From a virus (Duplodnaviria > Heunggongvirae > Uroviricota > Caudoviricetes): DNA of 40,942 bases. The DNA is taken from IMG/VR virus record IMGVR_UViG_2531839450_000010, positions 1 through 40,942 of that record; one strand, 5' to 3'. The notes under the pieces were generated by a model that was not told the origin of the DNA, did not search any database, and worked only from the letters and a program-made list of their open reading frames with translations. Made by a program: the position numbers and the translations under genes. Positions 26,670 through 36,501 of the stretch are shown here, piece after piece. Positions within the stretch are counted from its first letter, which is position 1. Every line of letters begins with the position of its first letter.

Positions 26670-27281
26670 TCAAAGAGAAAAACTAAAGCCCAGAAGGGAA
26701 GCTAAAGAACTTGAGGATTGGTTAAACGTGCTGTGCAATGCGAAGGTCATTGGGAATGACTTAAATTCCGTAACCTGATCTCGCGCATAGGTGACATCGC
26801 CGGTAGTGACCGGGAATACCGTCATCTCATTTTCCAGTTTGGTTAAGCCGGAAGACAGCAACCGATAAATACGCACATTGAGCAAATATTTAGACGGTAT
26901 ATTCCCGGTACCGTCTGGATTAATCACCCGACTTTTTGCCGTCTTAAACCAGTCCAAAACGAGGCCATCAACGGTATCCCTGACCATCATTGTTATCTGC
27001 CCTGGCGAACGCTCCGTTGGTTGAAGGATATTCCCTCCGCCGATTTTAATCGTTTCATATTCGATGCTGTAATCGTGGTAGGTAATGTCTTTAGCAAAGA
27101 AGTCTGCCCCCTCCAGACCATCAACTTCGACAGAGAACTGCCATCCTTGCGCGAACAGCATTTTGTTCATGATGATTGACGTCAGCTTACCAACTTCCCG
27201 CTCACCAACGCCGGAGCCAAATAATGTCGTCGTTAATGCCGAAGATACATAAGACTTTACTGAAGCAACATTAAGCCCCAT
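26670..27281 (-). CDS. Hypothetical structural protein
   Basis: 203-aa ORF in the same operon; no motif recognised. Confidence 0.3.
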   Translation of the reverse strand: MGLNVASVKSYVSSALTTTLFGSGVGEREVGKLTSIIMNKMLFAQGWQFSVEVDGLEGADFFAKDITYHDYSIEYETIKIGGGNILQPTERSPGQITMMVRDTVDGLVLDWFKTAKSRVINPDGTGNIPSKYLLNVRIYRLLSSGLTKLENEMTVFPVTTGDVTYARDQVTEFKSFPMTFALHSTFNQSSSSLASLLGFSFSL

Positions 27282-27291
27282 ATCAGCCCCC

Positions 27292-27882
<591 letters not shown>

Positions 27883-27916
27883 TTAACCGATTCTACGAGT
27901 AGTCATTTGTGACAGG

Positions 27917-28393
27917 TCATTTTGCGCGCTTCAGGCAGCCATCTTCAGGTGCCGCGTTGAAAAGCTCTGCGGCCTTACGTAGCGTAAATGTTGCGATTTT
28001 TTTTCCGTCTACGTATGCATCGAATGTTTTAACTTCCATATCAGGGGTATCTGACCAAAAACCATACCAGTAACTATCACCCACAGAGGAACCGATAGAA
28101 CTGATAGGATATTCATCATCACCAACTTTCAGCGTTATTTGTTCTTTTTTAGCATCAAATGACTCACCGCCAGGTTCTGTTTTCATGAGAGTGAGTAGTC
28201 GTGTTCCTACTTGATTGGGATCCGTATTATTAAATCCAACATCGCACTCAAATGTAAGCGTATAATTATCTTTGCTGGAAACAGCATAAGAACGAACACC
28301 ATGAGTCTCGCCGGTTGACCATTTGCTTACATTTGCCATTGATGAAAATGGAGTAAGCAAAGCAAGAATTAGAAAAAATCGTTTGATGCGCAT
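27917..28393 (-). CDS. Secreted/periplasmic protein
   Basis: 158 aa with N-terminal signal peptide MRIKRFFLILALLTPFSSMA. Confidence 0.5.
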   Translation of the reverse strand: MRIKRFFLILALLTPFSSMANVSKWSTGETHGVRSYAVSSKDNYTLTFECDVGFNNTDPNQVGTRLLTLMKTEPGGESFDAKKEQITLKVGDDEYPISSIGSSVGDSYWYGFWSDTPDMEVKTFDAYVDGKKIATFTLRKAAELFNAAPEDGCLKRAK

Positions 28394-28454
28394 TAATTTA
28401 TCTCCTTTGGATATTAACGATTATCAATATTTTAATTGGTTATCCATAATATAT

Positions 28455-29102
28455 TTACCATTCATAGGGTAAATTAAGCGCTTTTAAACCTTGCTGGAAG
28501 GTATTAAGTGAGCCGTTCTTTTGTTGTTCCATTTGTTCGCGTGCCGCTTTCTCATACTGCTCCATCCGTTGGTTATACTCTTGCAATTCCTCTGGTGAGA
28601 GGTTTCCCATTGGGGAGTTTGTACCCGGCCCCCTGGCCCGCTCTTCAAGCGTACCCTGCACGTTTTGATGGCGCATTCCCGGGGCGTTTCTGATTGAATC
28701 AATGCCATTTCTTCCAACGTCTTCTTTATTAACGGCATTGCTCGCCACCAGCACACCCCAGCTAGGGATAGCAAAATCAGGAGCGGTTTCGCATGCCTTT
28801 ACCATATAATCGAAAGAGCTTCGATTGATCTCGTTTGCGTCGGGATTTAACAGGCGAGAATATTGATATTTAGCATTTTCGTTGGTTGCGACTTTATACA
28901 GTTCTTGCTGCACCATCGCTTCAGAAAGTTTAAGGCGTTTCATATCTGACAGTAACTTCTTGCGCATGGATTCGTCTTGACTGACAGCAAAGCCGTAAAC
29001 GTGCCCAAGGTATTTCGTATAATCGGTACAAATCTCCTTTACGCTTGATGCTGCATTAACAGTCCCAGCCATAAATAATAACGGTAGTAATAGTTTTCTC
29101 AT
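28455..29102 (-). CDS. Secreted protein carrying a Sit-like motif; candidate superinfection-exclusion (Sim-like) protein
   Basis: Likely start is the ATG at 29102 (GGTGAGG RBS); signal peptide MRKLLLPLLFMAGTVNA. Contains APGMRHQNVQGTLEERARGPGT, which matches GRGMRREVVQGTLEERARGKGT in the Sit-like protein. Lies next to the immI module. Confidence 0.5.
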   Translation of the reverse strand: MRKLLLPLLFMAGTVNAASSVKEICTDYTKYLGHVYGFAVSQDESMRKKLLSDMKRLKLSEAMVQQELYKVATNENAKYQYSRLLNPDANEINRSSFDYMVKACETAPDFAIPSWGVLVASNAVNKEDVGRNGIDSIRNAPGMRHQNVQGTLEERARGPGTNSPMGNLSPEELQEYNQRMEQYEKAAREQMEQQKNGSLNTFQQGLKALNLPYEW

Positions 29103-29198
29103 TATAACCTCACCTGCCTTATAACTCATTTAGGGTACATATTTTCGCCTTTAAAAAAAAGAGGTTATTAGATCCATTTGTGTATTTATTAAACAAAC

Positions 29199-29215
29199 AA
29201 TGCTCTAATAAATTT
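29199..29215 (+). promoter_or_regulatory. C1 operator-like 17-mer (Op51-like) at the immI promoter
   Basis: AATGCTCTAATAAATTT, one mismatch to the consensus; a possible -35/-10 pair (TTGTAT-N17-TATCTT) overlaps it. Confidence 0.7.
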
Positions 29216-29528
29216 GTATTTTTAAGTCACGAATGCTATCTTTTCGCATCATATTGACCTTTTAATCGTTCAGGCTTATAGTTCCGCCGTCGCAGCAAAT
29301 TCTGCGACCAGGTTTGACAGCCTGAATACTTACGCGGACAACCGCACATTTCCGATATTGCGGTATTTTTGTGTCCGTAAAACCACGTTACGCCCGAATT
29401 ATGGTGGGGCGTGATGGGGAGGCTTCGGCCTGCTGGTTTCGTAAGTGCCAGTCTGTCAACCCTGTCACGTCCTGCCACCTGTTTGACAGCGGGTCGCAGG
29501 TTGTTTATCAACTTACGAGGCCGTAACT

Positions 29529-29750
29529 ATGGTTAATGCCAATCCTTGCGCACGCCAAGAATTCATCTGGCGTTTCTATTCCTGTAAAAAACACCACTAT
29601 CACTTCGTTATCGCAGCAACAGAAGACGAAGCACGCTCCCAATTGCCTGATGGCCCCTGCATTTTTACTGCCCGTTTTTCAACTAACTCGCGCAATTCAC
29701 TTAGTTACTGGAACCTCCCCTTCTCTGCCGACGTTCAGGGGGTTTTATGA
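29529..29750 (+). CDS. icd: Small immI-operon protein (P1 Icd-like)
   Basis: 73 aa; stop overlaps the ant start (ATGA). A TTGACA-N17-TATCAA promoter-like pair lies about 50 bp upstream. Confidence 0.6.
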   Translation: MVNANPCARQEFIWRFYSCKKHHYHFVIAATEDEARSQLPDGPCIFTARFSTNSRNSLSYWNLPFSADVQGVL

Positions 29751-30793
29751 AAAAACCTCTCGTCACCCGTAATGAAATAGCCGAAGCGATCGCTTTGCAT
29801 ACTGCCTGTATGCCGACACGGGAGATCCCCGGCGCAATTGCTAACTATTTCATGATAACCAGGCGTTTTTATACCCGAACAGATAAGGCTGTGATCAACA
29901 GGCTACTGATAGCCGAGATCAGGGATTATTTGATTGAACAAGGACGTCTACGTTACGCAACAGTGGCAGCAGAAATGAGAAAGGAGGCACATAGAATGAC
30001 CGGTAATAATTTGAATGTTGAAAAACCAGCACCTGTTACGTCAGCTACGCCAGCACCAGCCGTGAATATTATCCCCAACACCGGAGACACAATCGACAGC
30101 CTGACACTGTTAAAGATGGTCAATGAGGCACGGAAATTATGTAGCGAAAAACCAGTTCGCAACAATGATTTCATTGCCAGAGTTAAGGATGAGCTTGATG
30201 GGGAGGGTTACGAAATCTTCGTAACCCCTATGGATAAGAAAAAAGGTGGAGCGGATCAGGTAGTTATAGTAATGACATACAAACAAGCCCTGCGCGTTGC
30301 TGCTCGCGAATCGAAAGCGGTCCGCCGTTCGCTGATCGACAAACTGGAAGAATTGCAGCAGGCAAACTCCCCTACCCCATCGATCCCCCAAACATTACCA
30401 GAAGCCCTACGCCTGGCTGCCGAGTTGGCAGAACAGAAATTGCAGCTGGAACAACAGCTGGTGGCCGCAGCCCCTAAAGTCGATTTTGCCGACCGGGTAT
30501 CAGTGGCTAATGGAATCCTGATCGGGAACTTTGCAAAGGTCGTTGGACTTAAGCAAAACGCCCTTTTCTCATGGTTGCGCCAGAACGGCATTCTCATGGC
30601 TTTTGGTGCGCGCAAAAACGTACCGCGCCAGCAGTACATTAACGCCGGGTATTTCACGGTGAAAGAAGTGGTGCTGGATGATGAAAATGGCTACCAGATA
30701 CGGCTGACGCCCCAATTAACGGGTAAAGGCCAGCAGTGGTTAACTCGCAAGCTACTTGATGCTGGTTTGTTAAAACCAGTAGCAATAGGTTAA
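29747..30793 (+). CDS. ant: Antirepressor Ant1 with a KilAC/ANT C-terminal domain; an internal in-frame start at 29996 would give Ant2
   Basis: 348 aa. The C-terminal domain (PKVDFADRVSVANGILIGNFAKV...GKGQQWLTRKLLDAG) is paralogous to the KilA C-terminus. A strong AGGAGG SD sits 8 nt before the internal ATG at 29996. Confidence 0.7.
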   Translation: MKKPLVTRNEIAEAIALHTACMPTREIPGAIANYFMITRRFYTRTDKAVINRLLIAEIRDYLIEQGRLRYATVAAEMRKEAHRMTGNNLNVEKPAPVTSATPAPAVNIIPNTGDTIDSLTLLKMVNEARKLCSEKPVRNNDFIARVKDELDGEGYEIFVTPMDKKKGGADQVVIVMTYKQALRVAARESKAVRRSLIDKLEELQQANSPTPSIPQTLPEALRLAAELAEQKLQLEQQLVAAAPKVDFADRVSVANGILIGNFAKVVGLKQNALFSWLRQNGILMAFGARKNVPRQQYINAGYFTVKEVVLDDENGYQIRLTPQLTGKGQQWLTRKLLDAGLLKPVAIG

Positions 30794-30805
30794 CAAAAGA
30801 AAAAA

Positions 30806-30830
30806 CCTGCCAGCAAACTGGCAGGTTTCT
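30806..30830 (+). terminator. Terminator-like hairpin after ant
   Basis: CCTGCCAG-CAAA-CTGGCAGG followed by TTTCTG. Confidence 0.5.
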
Positions 30831-30870
30831 GAGCAGATCGACCAACCCGATCTGGATCGAGTCAGAAAAA

Positions 30871-30887
30871 TTTGCTCTAATAAATTT
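30871..30887 (+). promoter_or_regulatory. C1 operator-like 17-mer (Op53-like) upstream of kilA
   Basis: TTTGCTCTAATAAATTT, one mismatch to the consensus, about 70 bp upstream of the kilA start. Confidence 0.7.
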
Positions 30888-30956
30888 CGTTTTCTAAGTG
30901 CAAAGAATCACCATTTCGAGCTGGTGATTGAAGGTTGATGCAAATTTGGAGAAAAA

Positions 30957-31757
30957 ATGCAACAAACATTCAATGCGGATATGAATATATCAAACCTTCA
31001 TCAAAATGTCGATCCTTCAACCACTCTGCCTGTTATTTGTGGTGTTGAAATTACGACCGACCGCGCTGGCCGTTACAACCTTAATGCTCTACACAGAGCG
31101 AGCGGACTCGGTGCCCATAAAGCGCCAGCTCAATGGCTAAGAACGCTGTCAGCCAAACAGCTCATCGAAGAGCTTGAAAAAGAAACTATGCAGAATTGCA
31201 TAGTTTCGTTCGAAGGCCGTGGCGGCGGCACTTTTGCCCATGAATTGCTCGCAGTGGAGTACGCAGGTTGGATTTCTCCCGCGTTTCGGCTGAAGGTAAA
31301 CCAGACATTTATCGACTATCGAGCTGGAAGATTACAACCTGCTATTCCGCAGAGCCTCCCAGAAGCTCTCCGTTTGGCTGCTGACCTGGCAGAGCAAAAG
31401 CAACGGCTGGAGCAAAAAATGCTGATGGATGCACCTAAAGTCGAATTCGCCGAACGCGTTGCTACCGCCAGCGGGGTTCTAATCGGCAACTATGCCAAAG
31501 TGCTCGGCCTGGGCCAAAACTATCTCTTCACCTGGTTGCGTGATAACGGAATTCTGATCGCAACCGGTGAACGCAGGAACGTCCCCAAACAAGAATACAT
31601 ATCCCGTGGGTATTTCACCCTTAAAGAAACCGTGATCGATACAAGCAATGGAAGCAGGATTTCTTTCACGACTCGTATAACCGGCAAAGGTCAGCAGTGG
31701 CTGATGAAGCGATTGCTTGATGCTGGTGTGCTGGTACCTGTCGCGGCAACGCGCTAA
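30957..31757 (+). CDS. kilA: KilA-type protein (KilA-N plus KilAC domains)
   Basis: 266 aa; C-terminal domain paralogous to Ant; sits between ant and repL as in the P1 lytic replicon. Confidence 0.7.
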   Translation: MQQTFNADMNISNLHQNVDPSTTLPVICGVEITTDRAGRYNLNALHRASGLGAHKAPAQWLRTLSAKQLIEELEKETMQNCIVSFEGRGGGTFAHELLAVEYAGWISPAFRLKVNQTFIDYRAGRLQPAIPQSLPEALRLAADLAEQKQRLEQKMLMDAPKVEFAERVATASGVLIGNYAKVLGLGQNYLFTWLRDNGILIATGERRNVPKQEYISRGYFTLKETVIDTSNGSRISFTTRITGKGQQWLMKRLLDAGVLVPVAATR

Positions 31758-31822
31758 CAGACGTAGTAAGAACCACCAGCATTGTAATGCTGGCTAAAGT
31801 CACTTTCCTGAGCTGTATAACG

Positions 31823-32630
31823 ATGAGCGATTTTACTTTTTCTGGCTATGAATTGGCCTGCTTTGTAACACACTCCGGTCTATCCCGTAGCGCCGGGCAT
31901 ATCCTGTCGCAATGTGCAAATCTCGCGGCAACAACCAGTGAATACTTCATTCACAAGCCTCACCGCCTGATCGCGGCAGAAACTGGTTATAGCCAATCAA
32001 CCGTCGTTCGTGCATTCCGTGAAGCTGTAAACAAAGGAATTCTGTCTGTAGAGATTGTTATCGGCGATCACCGTGAACGTCGCGCTAACCTGTACCGGTT
32101 TACACCATCCTTTTTGGCCTTCGCACAACAAGCCAAAAATGCGCTGATTGAAAGCAAATTAAAGATCTCTTCAGCGGCAACCAAGGTTAAAGCTGTTCTC
32201 GCTAAGACATTGGCTTTATTTAATTTTTTATCCACACCCCCATGTCAAAATGATACCCCCTCCCCCTGTCAGGATGACGTGGCAATAAAGAATAAGAAGT
32301 CACAAGTTAAAAAACAAAAGATCAGTTTCCGGCGGTGCCGGAACGACCAGACTCAAAAAATTGACTTCATGGATCGCTGAGGCAAAAGCAAAGGCTGACA
32401 ATCTGCGGTTATCCAAAAAACGCGCTCAAAAACATGAGTTCAAGCAGAAAGTAGAGGCGGCAGCGCGGAAATATGCTTACCTGAAGAACAAGCGTTCTCC
32501 TGATATTTGCGGGATATCAAACTTCGATAATCTGCCGCATTGCATGACGGTAAACGAAGCTCTTAATGCGGTTTTCGCCAAAAATAAAGATAACGAAAAA
32601 TGGGGTATACCGGCAGGATTCAGAGGGTGA
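31823..32630 (+). pseudogene. repL: Lytic replicon initiator RepL, reading frame interrupted by a +1/-1 shift in an A-rich tract
   Basis: Frame A (from MSDFTFSGYELACF...) stops at 32380, while an overlapping frame open from about 32289 continues ...SVSGGAGTTRLKKLTSWIAEAK... to 32630; together about 280 aa. A6 and A4 runs at 32309..32319 and an A6 run at 32355..32360 are the candidate slip points. Confidence 0.6.
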
Positions 32631-32893
32631 TAGATTGCTCTAATCTGGAGTCACCTGGCATTTTCAGTTTGAGGTCGGAGATGCAATCTGATTTTTACAG
32701 TTAGCGATCACTTTTTGCAGGGCATCGTTGAGACATATCCATATATAAAAACCCAAAGCCAGATCAAAACTTGTACTGATAAAAACACAGCTAACCATCA
32801 CAACTTGTAACGTTTATAATGAGTAAAAGAGTGATACATTGCTACTTTTACATATTTTTTGACTTAATTCATGGATAGTAATGGAGATGCATA

Positions 32894-33949
32894 ATGACTT
32901 ATGCTGGCACACAAACAGCAGATAACGCCGGGGATACCATGAAATCGTATGCTATTTGGAATAATAAAGGTGGCGTAGGAAAGACCTACTTATCTTTCGC
33001 TATGGCCTGTGAATACGCAAGGCAAAATCCAGAAAAGCGTATTATTTTTGCAGATATGTGCCCGCAGGCTAACTTATCTGAAATATTGCTCGGCGGTAAC
33101 GGTACTGGTGCTGCTAACCTCGCGAGCTTAATTCAACAACGAAAAACTGTCGGTGGGTACTTTGACAGAAGAACTCGCAGCCCCCACATGCTTACCGGTT
33201 CAGAAACAAGTTTCTTAATTCATGTCTCTGAAATTAACGGACATGTCCCTGACAATGTATTTTTGATTGCAGGCGACCCAAGCCTGGAAGTTCAGGCGCA
33301 AGTAATCAATCAGTTAAGCAGCGTAAACTTACCAGTTGACTCATGGAAAAGCATCCACCTGTGGCTACGAGATTTGCTTGTTGCATGTGCACAACAACAA
33401 GGTATCGAAGAAACCATTTGCTTTATTGATTGCAACCCCAGTTTCTCTGCCTATACCGAACTATCACTGATAGCAGCAAATGCAATTATAATACCTTGCT
33501 CAAGTGATGGTTCTTCGGCTCGAGCAGTGGATAACCTAAGCCAGTTGGTTTATGGCGTTGGAGTACAAAACGATTATCGTTCTGTTAACTTTTACGATCG
33601 GTGTCAACAGTTTGGTCTAGCGGTTCCTGTCATTCATTCTCTAGTTTTTAATCGTTCGACAGAGTATGACAAACGAGCAAGTAAAGCGTTTTCGGCAATG
33701 TTCGACGAAATCAGGGATAGAGCTGAAAATCTGCGGACGAATAAACCAACAGCGTTCCAAGGCGGAAATTTAAAAACGTTTACTGTGCCAGATAACCATT
33801 CCGTAGCTATAGTATCTTCCCATCTAGGAAGACCTCTATTTGATATAAAACCAGGCAGATATCAGATCCATGATACTGAGCCACAAATCAATAATGAACC
33901 ATTAGAAAGATATGGTGCAGCAATCGAACGTCTTGTTCAGAGTTTATAG
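32894..33949 (+). CDS. ParA/MinD-family (deviant Walker A) ATPase with no adjacent ParB partner
   Basis: Deviant Walker A motif WNNKGGVGKTY near the N-terminus and a Walker B-like FIDCNP. An alternative start at 32939 (MKSYAIW...) is more typical for the family; the ATG at 32894 has a GGAG RBS. Confidence 0.75.
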   Translation: MTYAGTQTADNAGDTMKSYAIWNNKGGVGKTYLSFAMACEYARQNPEKRIIFADMCPQANLSEILLGGNGTGAANLASLIQQRKTVGGYFDRRTRSPHMLTGSETSFLIHVSEINGHVPDNVFLIAGDPSLEVQAQVINQLSSVNLPVDSWKSIHLWLRDLLVACAQQQGIEETICFIDCNPSFSAYTELSLIAANAIIIPCSSDGSSARAVDNLSQLVYGVGVQNDYRSVNFYDRCQQFGLAVPVIHSLVFNRSTEYDKRASKAFSAMFDEIRDRAENLRTNKPTAFQGGNLKTFTVPDNHSVAIVSSHLGRPLFDIKPGRYQIHDTEPQINNEPLERYGAAIERLVQSL

Positions 33950-33980
33950 TGGCTTATCTCACTCATAATGGCTAAAAAAA

Positions 33981-34010
33981 GGCTGCAACAGAGGTTGCAG
34001 CCTTTTTTAT
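33981..34010. terminator. Bidirectional rho-independent terminator
   Basis: A7 tract, GGCTGCAAC-AGAG-GTTGCAGCC stem-loop, then TTTTTTAT; sits between convergent genes. Confidence 0.75.
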
Positions 34011-34019
34011 AAAATTACA

Positions 34020-34307
34020 TTAACAGACTGGTAGCGATAGTAAATTATTATTCCATCGATTGTCTGCATACGTTCTAATAAACTGCCTTCCACCATTACC
34101 AGGATTAACAACCCCAACGTCTACACGATTACCTGCATTATCTGTTACATAGAATGTATGGAGATTATTATCAATAGCATTAATTACCTGCTCAACAGTC
34201 CATTTCCCATTGCTAGTATTAAATTGAGGACTTCCCACATGAGTAATATGCTCATGGATTGATTGCGAGCCGGAGAGGGTAATGCAAGTAATGCGTACAT
34301 CAGCCAT
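34020..34307 (-). CDS. Small conserved hypothetical protein (possibly DUF3892-type; family not verified)
   Basis: Likely start is the ATG at 34307 with an AGGAAG RBS 7 nt upstream, giving 95 aa: MADVRITCITLSGSQSIHEHITHVGS...NNNLLSLPVC. The track ORF starts further upstream. Confidence 0.5.
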   Translation of the reverse strand: MADVRITCITLSGSQSIHEHITHVGSPQFNTSNGKWTVEQVINAIDNNLHTFYVTDNAGNRVDVGVVNPGNGGRQFIRTYADNRWNNNLLSLPVC

Positions 34308-34595
34308 ATATACTTCCTTTATTCTATAGATTATAGGAATTGCGTTGTCCAAAAAACAAACAACACAATAACAATAAAGAAACATACACACAACAAAAAC
34401 TAACGCTATTTATTGATAGATTTGCCTGATGAATGCTAGCTCTCTTTGCTGCCTAGCACTCAAACAAATAACAGAAGAAAGCCCCAGATAACATTACGCG
34501 TCCTGCAAGACGCTTAACATTAATCTGAGGCCATATCCATGCTTAGCATATCTAGATTAACCCTCTCCCCTTTTAAGGAGCAAGGAATTTTACTG

Positions 34596-35192
34596 CTATG
34601 CCGCCTTTCCAGTTATGGATTCAGCGACAAGAACAACCCCATGCTTACTTCGATCTGGGTGTTCACTCCATATCTCAGATTCAGGAATACTTACCCCGTC
34701 ATAGCAAACACGTTCGCCGTCAAACGGGTAATACTGAGCGGCATCGGTGTCGAGGATAAACACTTTTAGCTCGGAAGAGCGACGGGCGATGTGTTGCCAA
34801 AGAGCTTTTCCACCTTCGTATTGCTCATTATCACTAAGCAAAACAACACCAGCTTTTGAGGCTACGGTTTCGTAAACAAAAGTAGCTAAACCGACATCAC
34901 GGACGGTTCCATCAACCACGATACCTTCAATCTGGGCAACATCGCTATCCTCCCAGAACTTCCTTACCAGTACGCCTTCAAGCTGCGGGCGACGTTGAAG
35001 TTCAAGAGTAGCGACAACCTTATGGCGCATATCACCATCGATAACAGAAGGCGCAGCCTCTATTACAGCTGCAAATGGGGTTTTGGAATCCCATATAACC
35101 TGGTAAAGCACACCCTGGATGGTAACTCCGTCCAGGATCGAAAATCGACGAGCGACAGTACCCGGGGAGTACGACATTGGAATCACAGCCAT
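34596..35192 (-). CDS. Hypothetical protein; weak GNAT-like signature
   Basis: Likely start is the ATG at 35192 (GGGGGA RBS), giving 198 aa. The stretch EQYEGGKALWQHIA loosely resembles an acetyl-CoA binding motif; not verified. Confidence 0.35.
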   Translation of the reverse strand: MAVIPMSYSPGTVARRFSILDGVTIQGVLYQVIWDSKTPFAAVIEAAPSVIDGDMRHKVVATLELQRRPQLEGVLVRKFWEDSDVAQIEGIVVDGTVRDVGLATFVYETVASKAGVVLLSDNEQYEGGKALWQHIARRSSELKVFILDTDAAQYYPFDGERVCYDGVSIPESEIWSEHPDRSKHGVVLVAESITGKAA

Positions 35193-35363
35193 TTTAGAGT
35201 CCCCCTTTAACAGTACAGGCACAAACATCTACCTCAATAATTGTAGTTTATTAGAACATTAATAATCTAACATAAAACTCCAGACAATGTTATCGATGCA
35301 TGTTTATATAAAATAGTTATAAAAAAAGCTCCCGCAGGAGCTTTAAAATACAAGGGATGACTC

Positions 35364-35873
35364 TTAATCCCACTCAATCCAGTTGTAAACGATACGAAGT
35401 GACGGACGCACAGCGGCAGTCACATCTTCGGTACTAAAGTCGATTGCATCACTGTAGATTTTGCAGTCCAACATTTCAATTGTTGTAGCAGCTTTTGTCA
35501 CAGCGTTAACCCCGGAAGATTTGGATTCAGGGGTAGCAGCCATCGTGATATCAACATAGTCCTTCGCCGCAATGCGATCTTTAATGAACTGAAGAATATC
35601 GCCTTCGATAGTCTCCACGCACTGGACCTGGATTTCCCCAGAGTTTCGAATTGGACCGTGCTGGTTGAACTTCACACCATTCGGACCATAGTCCTCCACA
35701 TCCTCGCGGGTCATTTCAGGAATTTGCGACGTGCGAACCAGTACGCTGATATCTTCATGGCCTGCAAAAGTGAGCTGGAATTCAGAAGATACCAGTCGTT
35801 CGCCTTTGGCCGCGTTGGCAGTATAGCGGCCCTTAATAAATTTACGGTTTCCCTTAGTGTTATTGTGCCCCAT
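35364..35873 (-). CDS. Tail structural protein (tail-tube-sized)
   Basis: 169 aa, last gene of the sheath-containing operon. Confidence 0.4.
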   Translation of the reverse strand: MGHNNTKGNRKFIKGRYTANAAKGERLVSSEFQLTFAGHEDISVLVRTSQIPEMTREDVEDYGPNGVKFNQHGPIRNSGEIQVQCVETIEGDILQFIKDRIAAKDYVDITMAATPESKSSGVNAVTKAATTIEMLDCKIYSDAIDFSTEDVTAAVRPSLRIVYNWIEWD

Positions 35874-35884
35874 ATAAAATCCTT

Positions 35885-36466
35885 TTACTGGAACGCCCGA
35901 ACAATATCGGAGCTGTTATATATCGAAGAACCGGTCAACTGGAGGTTGACGGTGTTTTTCAGGAAATGCCCATTGCTGTCCCTGGGTGCATCGAGATCGA
36001 AACTTATGTCCTGGATAGCGACATCAATGATGTTGATCCGGCGACCAATGTTTAGCGTCACACGCTCCGGGATTCGACCACCAATACTGGCATCTTTAAG
36101 TTCCGGGCTAATCATCGCTGACAATGCGGCGATAGCTCCTGAAACCTCCGTGAATGGGTCAAACAAAGCGATGAAAGTTACTGGCAGCGTGAAAGTCGGC
36201 GGTGTTCCCCCCTCCCAAACCATTAAGCTGTTCCAACGGGCCACCGACGTTGTTTCAGTACCAACCTGCGCAAAACCACTGAAAGCACCAGCAACAGACC
36301 CCATGGACATACCGGTAAACGGCGCTTCCCAATTCTGGGCCATGTTCATTGCTGCCCCCTGGCTGATATATCCGGTAACCTGGTACTGAGAGTTCGTTAA
36401 AGTAACTTTCAGAAATGGCGATACACCGTCAGCCTGGCTGTAAACCCCATAAGGTATAGGTGCCAT
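35885..36466 (-). CDS. Tail structural protein (tail-tube candidate)
   Basis: 193 aa, downstream of the sheath-like gene in the same operon. Confidence 0.4.
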   Translation of the reverse strand: MAPIPYGVYSQADGVSPFLKVTLTNSQYQVTGYISQGAAMNMAQNWEAPFTGMSMGSVAGAFSGFAQVGTETTSVARWNSLMVWEGGTPPTFTLPVTFIALFDPFTEVSGAIAALSAMISPELKDASIGGRIPERVTLNIGRRINIIDVAIQDISFDLDAPRDSNGHFLKNTVNLQLTGSSIYNSSDIVRAFQ

Positions 36467-36501
36467 TCAAGTTAAAGGCCGGAGTTCTCCGGCCTCCTCC
36501 T

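Noticed and set aside
29236-29511. 91-aa minus-strand ORF in the immI leader
   Set aside because: Lies in the region expected to encode the c4 RNA and the icd promoter; no RBS; Arg/Pro-rich composition.
35658-36389. 243-aa plus-strand ORF spanning the tube-sized genes
   Set aside because: Overlaps two minus-strand genes that have good operon context; composition looks like an antisense artefact.
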